Below, one piece after another: positions 29,534 through 39,113 of a stretch of 64,000 nt of DNA. Within the stretch, counting starts at the first letter, position 1, and each line of letters opens with the position of its first letter. This DNA is from a virus. Its lineage: Duplodnaviria; Heunggongvirae; Uroviricota; Caudoviricetes. The stretch lies in the IMG/VR virus record IMGVR_UViG_3300017987_005500; one strand, written 5' to 3'. A program made the translations under genes and the position numbers. A model generated the notes under the pieces. The model was not told the origin of the DNA. It made no database searches and saw only the letters and a program-made list of their open reading frames with translations.

Positions 29534-31253
29534 CCCAATGTCAGAGAATGCTTTGGAAGTTGCAACAAGTCGTTATTTTATGAAGGGTGAAACATGGAAA
29601 GATTGCACATATAGATGTGCTGAAACAATGGCAAGTATTGAAAGAAATAACAAAGGTAAATTTACTGATTCATTTCATGAGATGATTTATAACATGGAAT
29701 TTTTACCTGGAGGAAGAATACTAAGAAACTCAGGTAGAGCAAGAGGTTCTTTATTTAATTGTTTTCATTTACCCATCGGAGATTCGATTGAAGAGATTGG
29801 ACAATTTATTAAAGACTCCTTAATATTGTGGTCAGAAGGTGGCGGAGTAGGATGTAACTTTAGTTCTTTAAGACCTAAAGGTGATTCAATAATGGGAAAA
29901 GGAGGAGAATCTTCAGGACTTGTAAGTTTTATTGAAGCGGCAGATGGAGTTTCTCATACAATTGAGTCTGGTGGAGCAAGAAGAGCTGCAGCAATTGCTC
30001 ATGTTGATGCTAGACACCCCGAAGTACTTGATTTTATTAATGCAAAAATTGTTCAAGGTAAACTTGCACATTTCAATATTTCAGTTTCAGTGACTGAAGA
30101 ATTCCTTCAAACAGTCGAAGCGGATAAACAATGGGAATTTAGATTCAAACAAAGAGGTTATGGCAAAATACCTGCAAGAGAATTGTGGGATCAAATTGTT
30201 TCAAACATGGTAAATTTTGCTGAACCAGGACTTTTAAATTGGGACAAATTTACTAAAAATAATTCTTATTATTTTGCTCCAGTTATGGGAACAAATCCTT
30301 GTGGAGAAACAACTCTAGAACCTTATGGAGTATGTAATTTAGGGTCTTTGGTTCTTCCTAAATTTGTATCAAATAAGAATACGAATTGGATAAAATTAGA
30401 ACAAACAATTGAGTTAGCAGTAAGATTTCTTGATAATGTAACTGATATTAATAAATATGTATTAAAACAAAATGATATCACAGCTCATAATTCAAGACGA
30501 ATTGGTATTGGAGTCATGGGTGTTGCTGATTATCTTTTTGCTAAAAAATTAAGATATGGGTCAGATAAAGCGGTTCAAGAAATTGAAAGACTCATGAGAT
30601 TTATAAGAGATAAAACATATGAATCATCAGTTAAATTGGCAGTTGAAAAAGGTGCATTTCCTAAGTTTGATCATGTACATTATCCTAAGGCATCATTTAT
30701 AAGGAAACTTCCTGCTGCATTAAGAATGGATATTAAGAAACACGGAACAAGAAATTGCACTTTACAAGCAATTGCTCCAACTGGAACAATTTCATTATTA
30801 GCTGATTGTGGAAGCGGGATTGAACCTTTATTTTCAAAAGCTTATCTGAGAAAAGATAGAGTAAGCGAAAGAACATACATTCATTCAAAATATGAAGATA
30901 TAATTAAAGAGAATAAAGGAGAAATACCTGAATGGTACGTTGATACAACGGACTTAACACCAGAAGAGCATCTTGAAATTCAATCTGCAGTTCAAAAATT
31001 TGTTGATGGAAGTGTAAGTAAAACCATTAATCTTCCTAAAGAAACTACAGATGAGGATTTAAGTAAATTATTATTAGAGTATATTTATGATTTAAAAGGG
31101 GTAACTGTCTATAGAGATGGTTCAAGAGAAGGACAAATTTTAAATAAAATATCTCATGAGGATGTTGTCAAACATCTGGAACAAAAAGATGGAATTGAAA
31201 ATCATTTAACACCAATTGATGTATCGTGTTCAACAGGAAAATGTGAAATATAA
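29523..31253 (+). CDS. nrdJ: Class II (adenosylcobalamin-dependent) ribonucleotide reductase
   Basis: 'PGGRIL', 'NCF', 'TNPCGE', 'CNLGS', 'APTGTIS', 'SKTIN', C-terminal 'CSTGKCEI'; no beta subunit gene adjacent. Confidence 0.85.
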   Translation: MSDNPMSENALEVATSRYFMKGETWKDCTYRCAETMASIERNNKGKFTDSFHEMIYNMEFLPGGRILRNSGRARGSLFNCFHLPIGDSIEEIGQFIKDSLILWSEGGGVGCNFSSLRPKGDSIMGKGGESSGLVSFIEAADGVSHTIESGGARRAAAIAHVDARHPEVLDFINAKIVQGKLAHFNISVSVTEEFLQTVEADKQWEFRFKQRGYGKIPARELWDQIVSNMVNFAEPGLLNWDKFTKNNSYYFAPVMGTNPCGETTLEPYGVCNLGSLVLPKFVSNKNTNWIKLEQTIELAVRFLDNVTDINKYVLKQNDITAHNSRRIGIGVMGVADYLFAKKLRYGSDKAVQEIERLMRFIRDKTYESSVKLAVEKGAFPKFDHVHYPKASFIRKLPAALRMDIKKHGTRNCTLQAIAPTGTISLLADCGSGIEPLFSKAYLRKDRVSERTYIHSKYEDIIKENKGEIPEWYVDTTDLTPEEHLEIQSAVQKFVDGSVSKTINLPKETTDEDLSKLLLEYIYDLKGVTVYRDGSREGQILNKISHEDVVKHLEQKDGIENHLTPIDVSCSTGKCEI

Positions 31254-31265
31254 GGAGAAAAAAAT

Positions 31266-31469
31266 ATGTTAACTTTAGCAGCTAATCAAGTATGTCCACA
31301 CTCTGCAAATTGTCCTCATAATAGAGGAGTTGAATCATGTATGGGAGCAAATCCTGATAGAGGAAATATGTTTACATGTGAATTTGTTGATTCTTCAGGA
31401 AAAATATCAGAGTCAGGATTTAGAAATCCTCAAGACCAAACAGGAAATCAAACCATCCTACGAGGTTAA
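31266..31469 (+). CDS. Small Cys-rich hypothetical protein
   Basis: AAGGAG RBS; 'CPH..NCPH...C.G'. Confidence 0.6.
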   Translation: MLTLAANQVCPHSANCPHNRGVESCMGANPDRGNMFTCEFVDSSGKISESGFRNPQDQTGNQTILRG

Positions 31470-31487
31470 GAAGCTAAATTATTCATT

Positions 31488-31504
31488 TAGAACAAACTAT
31501 TAAA
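31488..31504 (+). promoter_or_regulatory. Putative phage promoter, GAACA class
   Basis: TAGAACAAACTATTAAA (AACA-N6-TA). Confidence 0.6.
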
Positions 31505-31519
31505 GGATAGGAGTTTTAA

Positions 31520-31741
31520 ATGAATGTTCATAGAAAGGCAAAATTTTCGCTTGGAAAGACTCCATTTAATGATCCGTGTATAGATTGTATTGTTGGAGTT
31601 GTATGCAATAAAGATGAATGTGTCGATAAAATAAAATATGAAATGGCACAAAATAAAGATAAACCAGAGACAATTAAAATAAAAAAGAAGAAAGTTAAAA
31701 AGACTAAATTATGGAGAAATATAAATGGAATCAGAAATTAA
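31520..31741 (+). CDS. Small Cys-rich protein (CxxCxVxxVC family)
   Basis: 'PCIDCIVGVVCNKDEC'. Confidence 0.6.
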   Translation: MNVHRKAKFSLGKTPFNDPCIDCIVGVVCNKDECVDKIKYEMAQNKDKPETIKIKKKKVKKTKLWRNINGIRN

Positions 31742-32240
31742 CAACAAAGAAGATAAATTTCAATCATTATTAGAAGAATTTACTAAGGTAAGAGATTCTA
31801 TTTATAAAATGATTGAAGATGTTGAAGTCATTTCAGCAAATGTAAAAGATCTTTTTCCTGAGAAATTTGATGCAAGATATAGGATGATTTTTCAAGAAAG
31901 AGTTAAAGCAACAACTGAAATATTCAAAACATTGCTTGATATGAAGAAAGAGATAACTAAAAACATCAAGGATGAAATTGACATAAGACGAAAAATTCAA
32001 TCTGGAGATAAATTTGAGCAAATTGAAGAATTGATAAATATGTCAGATATGATGGATAAAATTGAAGAATTTGAATCCAAGATTAAAAAGACAGTTAAAA
32101 AGACTAAAACAAAACCTAAAAAAGTTGTTGAAGCTGCTGAAGAATTAAATCTTAAAAATATAGATATCCCAAGTATAGAAGAATTAGACTTGGGTAATAT
32201 TGTTGACGATACTATAGAAATCTCTAAGGAGGGTACTTAA
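31725..32240 (+). CDS. Coiled-coil hypothetical protein
   Basis: 171 aa, helical, in operon with recA. Confidence 0.65.
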   Translation: MESEINNKEDKFQSLLEEFTKVRDSIYKMIEDVEVISANVKDLFPEKFDARYRMIFQERVKATTEIFKTLLDMKKEITKNIKDEIDIRRKIQSGDKFEQIEELINMSDMMDKIEEFESKIKKTVKKTKTKPKKVVEAAEELNLKNIDIPSIEELDLGNIVDDTIEISKEGT

Positions 32241-33544
32241 TGGCAATGGTTGGTGGGATAAAAAAAGGCGCAGAACTCGAAGATAGTAATGATCTTGGTG
32301 ATGAATTAGTTGAAGATAATGGAGAACCAGATCAGCTTATACCGAATGAAGAAGAGGTTATGGCAAGTATTTCTTTGAAACCTGATAAAGAACCTGAAAA
32401 AGAAAAACCAAAAGCTGCTCCGAAAAAAGCTGCCCCTAAGAAAGTTGAACAAAAAACTCAAGAAGATACGAAAATTGATGATGAAGCTAAAGAGTTATAT
32501 GATGACTTTAGTAGCTTTTTAGAACAAAAAGCAGAAATAACAACCACCACAGATGAAAGAATTGTAATTCCAACTGGGATAAGAATTTTAGATGCTTATC
32601 TTGGAGGAGGTTTTGCAGTTGGAGCTTTTAGTATTGTAGCAGGAACTCCTGGAAGTGGTAAATCAATGCTTATTGCTCAGACTCTTGGAAATGCTCAAAA
32701 GATATATAGAGCACAAAAGTTTATTGCAGGATATATGGACTCTGAGGAATCAACTAGCAAATTAAGATTGTCACAGCTTGGAGTAAATAATCCAACGATG
32801 AATCCAATTGGTAATTTAACAGTTGAGAAGGTTTTCAAATTTTTAGAAGGAATGTGTTTATATAAAGAGCAAAATAAAATTATAGAAGTTCCTTCAATGG
32901 CAGTGTGGGATAGTATTGCAAACACACTATCTGAAAAAGAATTTGAAGCTAAAGATGTAAATTCAGTTATTGGTTTTAAAGCAAGAATGTTATCAATGCT
33001 TGTACCAAAATATGTAGCACGAGCTTCTCAATATAATATATGCTGGATAGCTATAAATCAACTCAGGGATAATCTTCAAATGGGACAATTTGCTCCACCA
33101 GCTGATTTAAAATTTATGTCAGCAACGAAAACAATGCCTGGTGGACAGGTCTTAAGATTTAATGCATTTCAATTACTTGAAATGGGAGTTAAGTCAGCAT
33201 TAAAATCCGATGACGGAGCAAACGCAAAATATGGAATTGATGGAATAATTGCAAAAGTTAAAATTGTTAAGAATAAACTTTTTATTCCAAATGTAACAGT
33301 TGAAGTATTAGGGTCTTTTGTACGAGGTTTCTCAGATTTTTGGACTTCATTTTATCATTTAGTAGAATCAGGAAGACTTAAATCTGGCGGATGGGCAAAT
33401 CTTATTAATTTACCTGAAAAGAAATTCAGAATAAAAGATGCTGAAAATACATATAACACTGATGAAAAATTCAGAGAAGCATTTGATGAAGCAGTTAGAG
33501 ATTTCATTCAAATAGACATAATTGATAAATATACAATTGAATAG
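32240..33544 (+). CDS. recA: RecA/UvsX recombinase with acidic N-terminal extension
   Basis: 'PTG...LD..LGGG', Walker A 'GTPGSGKS', 'DSE', 'WDSIA', 'INQLRD', 'PGG..L.F.A', 'KNK'. Confidence 0.9.
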   Translation: MAMVGGIKKGAELEDSNDLGDELVEDNGEPDQLIPNEEEVMASISLKPDKEPEKEKPKAAPKKAAPKKVEQKTQEDTKIDDEAKELYDDFSSFLEQKAEITTTTDERIVIPTGIRILDAYLGGGFAVGAFSIVAGTPGSGKSMLIAQTLGNAQKIYRAQKFIAGYMDSEESTSKLRLSQLGVNNPTMNPIGNLTVEKVFKFLEGMCLYKEQNKIIEVPSMAVWDSIANTLSEKEFEAKDVNSVIGFKARMLSMLVPKYVARASQYNICWIAINQLRDNLQMGQFAPPADLKFMSATKTMPGGQVLRFNAFQLLEMGVKSALKSDDGANAKYGIDGIIAKVKIVKNKLFIPNVTVEVLGSFVRGFSDFWTSFYHLVESGRLKSGGWANLINLPEKKFRIKDAENTYNTDEKFREAFDEAVRDFIQIDIIDKYTIE

Positions 33545-33568
33545 CAAACATCCAATTCTCTTAAAAAC

Positions 33569-33592
33569 TAAGAACAAAAAACAAATTAATAT
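33569..33592 (+). promoter_or_regulatory. Putative phage promoter, GAACA class
   Basis: TAAGAACAAAAAACAAATTAATA; tandem AACA, the second giving AACA-N6-TA. Confidence 0.6.
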
Positions 33593-33646
33593 TCGAAGAT
33601 TAAATTAATGAGTCATGATTATGATTAGAGAAAAGGAGAATATGTT

Positions 33647-33967
33647 ATGTCAACGATTACTGAAGTTTTAGAGAATTATGTTAAAGAGACAATTAAACAA
33701 ATAGTAGACAATCCTGAAGAAGTAGATATTAAAATAGTTATATCAACTAAATCTGTAATTGTGCAAATTAAAGTTGCTAAATCAGATTGTGGCAAAGTTA
33801 TTGGAAAGAAGGGAAGAATTGTTGAAGCTCTTAAAACTATTGTATTAGCAATTAAGAGTTCTAAATTCCCAGATGATACAAGAAAAGTATTAATAGAAGT
33901 CCTTGAAGATGAATCTATAGGATTTAATTATACCAAGTCAACAGGAGGAGATGATAATGTTAACTAA
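33647..33967 (+). CDS. khpA: KH-domain RNA-binding protein (KhpA/UPF0109)
   Basis: 'IVDNPEEV', 'D.GKVIGKKGR...AL.T' GxxG loop. Confidence 0.88.
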   Translation: MSTITEVLENYVKETIKQIVDNPEEVDIKIVISTKSVIVQIKVAKSDCGKVIGKKGRIVEALKTIVLAIKSSKFPDDTRKVLIEVLEDESIGFNYTKSTGGDDNVN

Positions 33968-34523
33968 AGAGTCAAAAATGAGAGTACTTGAGAATTTTTA
34001 CGCAATTGATTACACTTTATTCGGTAAGTCAGCAACTAAAATAGATGTATGCTGCCCGGAAACAATCAAAGAATATGTTACGGTTAAAGGTGCTTTATTA
34101 TCAATTATGGTTGAAATGAATAAGCTCGTCGGACATACACCAGATGCGATAACTGAAAATATCTCAAGTAAAGATGTAAAAAGATTGGCTAAACAGTCTG
34201 CTAAAATTGCAAGAGAAAATGCTCAAAAGTTAGTGGAAACTGAGCAAGGCAAAGCAGATATCAAAAGAGAACTTAGAGAAGAATTATCCGAAATAAGTGA
34301 AGGCACATCCGTTGAAGATGTTGTTCAAGAAAAGATTCGAGCAAAAACATTTTCATTAGCATTGGATAATCTGCTAGTTGCAAGAACCGTAAGCGAGTCT
34401 GAATCTTATAAGAATCTTAATGAAGTTGAAGGGCAAATCCTTGAAGATGCTTATAAACTTTTAAGAGAAAGTCTCGTTGAATTATCAATTTTTATAGATG
34501 AGTATGCAAACATCACAAGGTAA
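33957..34523 (+). CDS. Hypothetical protein, possibly prohead core-like
   Basis: GGAGG RBS; helical and rich in x-x-E motifs. Confidence 0.55.
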   Translation: MLTKESKMRVLENFYAIDYTLFGKSATKIDVCCPETIKEYVTVKGALLSIMVEMNKLVGHTPDAITENISSKDVKRLAKQSAKIARENAQKLVETEQGKADIKRELREELSEISEGTSVEDVVQEKIRAKTFSLALDNLLVARTVSESESYKNLNEVEGQILEDAYKLLRESLVELSIFIDEYANITR

Positions 34524-35460
34524 TGAAATTGTATCTGAATACGATCAACTACTTTCATATTTAAAAAAGCACGAACCCAAGACTGGTACGCAAGAAAAGG
34601 AAATCAATGAGAAGCAACATAGAAAAAAGTTGCAGAAAGACACTAAAAAGTTATTAGATTCATGTATAGAGAGCCCAAAAAAATCCAAAAATAAAAAATT
34701 TAATTTTAGTAAAAAAGACGATACTGGTTTTGACGTAGAAAAATTTGAGTCATTGATGAGAAGTAAACTTATAGATGAATCAAAAAGACTTCAAAGTTAT
34801 GATAGACCTTATATTTCTGTCACTGAAGTTATATCTTGTATAAGGAAATCCTATTATCAGAGACAAAAATATACAATAGATATTAAGAGTCAATACAGAT
34901 TTGCATACGTATCTCTTATTACTCATGTAGGTGACGCTGTTCATAATTTTATTCAAGATCTCTATGATTTTGAAGAAGTTGAGAAAACTATTATAAGTGA
35001 GAAGTATAAAGTTAAAGGTAGGATTGATGGGCTAAGGGGTAAATATTTAATTGAAATTAAAACAATAGACGAAGATAAATTCAAAGGTACATACATTCCT
35101 CAACATTACCATCAAGGATTGGTATATACTGACATTTTAAATAATGAATATAATTACTCTATTAGCACAATTACAATTGTTTATGTATTAAGGAACCTCA
35201 AAAAAATCTATCCTTTCGACCTACCTTATAAACCCTCACTTTCATCGTCATTTCTCGACAATGCTGTTATTCTTAGACAAGCTTTAGCATCGAAGAAAAC
35301 ACCAGAACCTATGAACGCAAACAAAGAACAATGTAGGTTTTGTCCTTATATTAAATATTGTATGAAAGATGGTTCCTCAAAGATAGAGTTACCTTTCAAT
35401 AAAAAGTCGAATGACATATTAGAAAAAAATAACATGAACGACTCAATTTTCTTACTTTAG
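34498..35460 (+). CDS. Cas4-like PD-(D/E)xK exonuclease
   Basis: 'C.RK.YY', 'G..VH', 'GRIDG', 'EIKT', 'Q...Y', C-terminal 'CRFCPY...C' Fe-S cysteines. Confidence 0.85.
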   Translation: MSMQTSQGNEIVSEYDQLLSYLKKHEPKTGTQEKEINEKQHRKKLQKDTKKLLDSCIESPKKSKNKKFNFSKKDDTGFDVEKFESLMRSKLIDESKRLQSYDRPYISVTEVISCIRKSYYQRQKYTIDIKSQYRFAYVSLITHVGDAVHNFIQDLYDFEEVEKTIISEKYKVKGRIDGLRGKYLIEIKTIDEDKFKGTYIPQHYHQGLVYTDILNNEYNYSISTITIVYVLRNLKKIYPFDLPYKPSLSSSFLDNAVILRQALASKKTPEPMNANKEQCRFCPYIKYCMKDGSSKIELPFNKKSNDILEKNNMNDSIFLL

Positions 35461-35472
35461 GGGGAATGAGCA

Positions 35473-37140
35473 ATGATAATTATATACCCAATGTTAACCT
35501 CAGAATCTGTATCACATAACGTATTGCCAGGGATCTCGAAAGTATTAGAGAGATTTGTTATTGTGTATAGACTCGAGAAAGATATGAAACGTCTTGGCAA
35601 AGTCAAAGATGTGAATCTTAAACTCATTGATATTAAATTGTTTAGAAAGCAAATGAAAACAATGGGTGAGTCCCTTGGAATGGACATGGATAAAATGATG
35701 GAAGAAGCTGATAAGTATTATAATATTAGCGAAGCTGATCCACCAGGTGGAAAAAAGGATGGACTTTTTCCATCAACAGTAAATGTAGGACTTCCAAAAC
35801 AAAAAAGTCAAGGCGGACCTGTTAAAGTAGAGATGCCAAATACAAAAGATATAATGTTAGAACCTACATATATAACTGCCACAACAAAATCAGGTCCTAC
35901 ATTAATAGGAATTAAAGTAATCCCTTACCCATTAAAAACAACCAAAAAAGGTGTTAAGGCAGCTGAATTATTACAAAGTGATAAAGATCTTAAGTTAGCA
36001 TATTCATTAGCAGTTGGAATGGGAAGAAAACTTGTAAGAATGTTATGGTCAAGTTGGGTCAATACAGTTGGGAAGGTTTTTCCTTTATTATCAAGAACTG
36101 TAAGTGGTGATCCAAAGAAAGATATATTATTTGCTTCAACAACATTCACTGATGATACATTTGTTTGCATGGACACAATAGATCTTCAAAACTCAATAAC
36201 ACAGTCTGCATCAAGTGTTCGTAAACTTCATTATATGGGTTGGCGTTCATTTATATTAGCAGATAATGTTAATAAAAGAGTCAATTTTTGTATGAAAGAG
36301 TTTAAGGGAGTGTGTAATTTAATTCCATATTCTTTCTTATTCTCAAGTCTTGGAACAGGACAAAAGCAAACATTTGATGATCTTGAAGATATTAAAAAAT
36401 CATCAGCTGCATTTTTCAGAAAGAAAGTTCCTAAGAGTAAAGTATTTGGAGAACAATTTGCTCAAGCTCAATTATCAAATATGAAAGTTATTGATGAGGG
36501 TCAAATTGTCCAAGAAGGAATTATTGAATTTGCTAAAAGTATGGGTAATAAGATAATTGGAGATTCTAAAAAATCTGTTAAATCAAACGACCCTGAAAAA
36601 TTAGGAAAAGTTTTAGATAAAGTTCCTGATGTAGATGTTAATAAATTGAAAGCATTTGGAAAAAAGCAAAGTCCTGACTTTCCTAAATCATATGCATTAG
36701 CTAAAAGAGTTATTGATAATTCTCTTCCAAAAGATGTTGATGATAGCGTAAAAGATCATTATGCAGTAGGAATTGCTTTAAGAGCTGTAACACAAGGCGG
36801 TGATGCAGTTGTAAATACAAAAGCAGAATTAAAAGCAAGTATGCCAGCAATAATGAGAGCAGTGGGTTCTGGAGCAGGAACTGCAGCTTGGGTATTATTA
36901 TGGTATTATATATCTCAGGTATTATTTACATTCTCATCACCTGTAACAGTTACAATTGCAATGATAATGGTTGCCAGAGGTATTTATAAACATGCTAAGA
37001 AAGAAAAGAAACTTGATGTTAAAGATGCTGATCATAAAAGAAAACTTCAAGTGTTAGCAAAGAAGGTTGAAAAAGAAAGAGCTAAAGCAGGAAGAGGACC
37101 TTATATTCAAACGACTAATATACAAACCTCGGGAGAATAA
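35473..37140 (+). CDS. Putative virion protein with C-terminal membrane segment
   Basis: 555 aa; C-terminal region resembles 27079..27780; two hydrophobic helices and a basic tail. Confidence 0.5.
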   Translation: MIIIYPMLTSESVSHNVLPGISKVLERFVIVYRLEKDMKRLGKVKDVNLKLIDIKLFRKQMKTMGESLGMDMDKMMEEADKYYNISEADPPGGKKDGLFPSTVNVGLPKQKSQGGPVKVEMPNTKDIMLEPTYITATTKSGPTLIGIKVIPYPLKTTKKGVKAAELLQSDKDLKLAYSLAVGMGRKLVRMLWSSWVNTVGKVFPLLSRTVSGDPKKDILFASTTFTDDTFVCMDTIDLQNSITQSASSVRKLHYMGWRSFILADNVNKRVNFCMKEFKGVCNLIPYSFLFSSLGTGQKQTFDDLEDIKKSSAAFFRKKVPKSKVFGEQFAQAQLSNMKVIDEGQIVQEGIIEFAKSMGNKIIGDSKKSVKSNDPEKLGKVLDKVPDVDVNKLKAFGKKQSPDFPKSYALAKRVIDNSLPKDVDDSVKDHYAVGIALRAVTQGGDAVVNTKAELKASMPAIMRAVGSGAGTAAWVLLWYYISQVLFTFSSPVTVTIAMIMVARGIYKHAKKEKKLDVKDADHKRKLQVLAKKVEKERAKAGRGPYIQTTNIQTSGE

Positions 37141-37142
37141 TT

Positions 37143-37778
37143 ATGCAAGAAGAATTAGATCTTAATAAAATTAAAACATCTGAGGCAGTTGTTAAAAGCA
37201 ATGTTGAGAATTTAGAATTATTTGCAGACAATCATCCATTTCGTCTTTCATTAAGAATCAACAATTTTGAATCTGAAGCTGAATATAATAAATTCATAAA
37301 AAATGTTGAAACAACTGTTAGGCGAAGTGTTGAATACAAACAATGGAAATCTTATATAATTGATGTACTTGGAATTAAAACTTGCATGATCACAAATGAA
37401 AGAATTGATGAATGTTCAATTGAAGTTCATCATCATCTTCCTACATTGTATGTTTTAGTTAAAGGTATTGTAAATAAAAAGATTGAAGCAAAAGAAAAGT
37501 TTTCAACATTCGATATTGCCCTTGAAGCTATCAAACTTCATTTTGAAAATAAAATAGGTTATATAACAATTGTAAAAACAATGCATGAGAAGTTTCATAA
37601 TGGTTTTCTACAAATCCCTAAAGAATATGTTAGGGGTGATTATATGACATTCATAAATGAATACTCTAAATATTTAGATGATGCTGACTTAGAGCTTATC
37701 AATGTAAGATTGGCAGCAAAAGAATCTAATTGTTCATGGACAAGAGATAGTTATCCAGGGCAAGATATAGCTAAATAA
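37143..37778 (+). CDS. Conserved jumbo-phage-type protein with HNH-like metal motif
   Basis: 'C.IT...IEVHHH', 'HEKFH' resemble a beta-beta-alpha-Me fold. Confidence 0.45.
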   Translation: MQEELDLNKIKTSEAVVKSNVENLELFADNHPFRLSLRINNFESEAEYNKFIKNVETTVRRSVEYKQWKSYIIDVLGIKTCMITNERIDECSIEVHHHLPTLYVLVKGIVNKKIEAKEKFSTFDIALEAIKLHFENKIGYITIVKTMHEKFHNGFLQIPKEYVRGDYMTFINEYSKYLDDADLELINVRLAAKESNCSWTRDSYPGQDIAK

Positions 37779-37789
37779 GGAGTTACCTA

Positions 37790-38191
37790 ATGGCAAAATT
37801 TTTAGGAATTGAGACTGAAGCTCAACAAAATGAGAGACAACCCATTGACATTGAGCATATGCGTGATCGCTATAGAACCACAAGCGAATTATTCACATTT
37901 CCCAGTCCGACATTAGGTACCATTGAAAAGAATTTATTTTTTCTTTTAAAAAATTCCGAATATAAAAATTTTGAATTGAAATATACATATCGTCCAGACT
38001 ATCTTAGTTTTGATGAATATGGCACAGTCTTATTAGGTCAACTTATTATGTTTGTAAATGGAGTATTTACAGTCGAAGACTTTAGTTTAGATAAAGTCGT
38101 AATCCCTACATTTCAAGCAATTGTCAGCATATGTCAAGATAAATTTGATATTGATAGAGATGTTGATGAATTGACAGAGGTTGCATGGTAA
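37790..38191 (+). CDS. Baseplate wedge protein (T4 gp53 / LysM-like)
   Basis: 'YRPDYLSFDEYGT..L..LI..VN'. Confidence 0.65.
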   Translation: MAKFLGIETEAQQNERQPIDIEHMRDRYRTTSELFTFPSPTLGTIEKNLFFLLKNSEYKNFELKYTYRPDYLSFDEYGTVLLGQLIMFVNGVFTVEDFSLDKVVIPTFQAIVSICQDKFDIDRDVDELTEVAW

Positions 38192-38192
38192 T

Positions 38193-39086
38193 ATGGAAAT
38201 AAAAGATAAATTTAGTCTTCTTAAAGACGTCCCTAATATATTTCGTCTTTCAGCAAGCAAAATAGCAAGCTCATCAATAGCTAAGGGTCCTGCGAAAGTT
38301 TATAGTACATTAAAACTAAGTGAGGACAGAATAAATCATTTTACTAAAAAGACAGTATTCTCCACAATGGATGAAATTAAACAAGGTAAAAAGATAGTTA
38401 ACTTAGTTAAAATAGAAAAGTATATTTTACCTGTCAGTTATAATTTCAATACAAAAACTATAATAATCAATCTTCAACCTTTTGGGACTGACGATATATC
38501 AAGAGTCGATCCTAGAAATATTTATGCTTGTATGGTTTATGGAATATGTTTTAGAGATTTGGTTACAAAGAAAATTAATGTAGCTGATAATACATTTTCT
38601 GTAATTGCATCTTTTTTAACTACAGTTCTTATGAGATTATTTGGAAAGGAATTTGGATTATTAGGAATTTATGCAACACAAATACCAGCTCTTAAATTTC
38701 TCACAAATTGTTATGTTTTAGCATCAATGTTCGGTGAAAAGAATAAACCTAAATTATATAAGAGAGCGGCAGCATCTGCTGGTGTTGACTTTAGACCTTA
38801 TATAGATAGACTTGGAGAATATGACTTTACAGATATAAATGATTACATAAAATCATTATCTGACTTTAAAGTTATGCCGGGTATTACAAGACATACATTT
38901 GCTGCAAGAATATTAAAAACATTGTCAGTAAATTTTTTACCTGGAATTGAAGATGCCTCAAGATTTATTTCAATAATCACAACGTCAGATTTGCCCGGCT
39001 CTTCAATTGCTCCAACATTTATTTCAAAATACAATAGAACTGAATTTGATAAAATATTATCCATTTCAAAAAAGATTTTTAAATAG
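38193..39086 (+). CDS. Hypothetical protein (virion gene cluster)
   Basis: About 297-aa ORF between baseplate genes. Confidence 0.6.
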   Translation: MEIKDKFSLLKDVPNIFRLSASKIASSSIAKGPAKVYSTLKLSEDRINHFTKKTVFSTMDEIKQGKKIVNLVKIEKYILPVSYNFNTKTIIINLQPFGTDDISRVDPRNIYACMVYGICFRDLVTKKINVADNTFSVIASFLTTVLMRLFGKEFGLLGIYATQIPALKFLTNCYVLASMFGEKNKPKLYKRAAASAGVDFRPYIDRLGEYDFTDINDYIKSLSDFKVMPGITRHTFAARILKTLSVNFLPGIEDASRFISIITTSDLPGSSIAPTFISKYNRTEFDKILSISKKIFK

Positions 39087-39113
39087 AGAGTGATTTGAAA
39101 GGAAATATATAAC

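Noticed and set aside
34498-35460. Cas4-like gene as part of a CRISPR-Cas system
   Set aside because: No array or other cas genes in the window; solo Cas4-like nucleases are common in phages.
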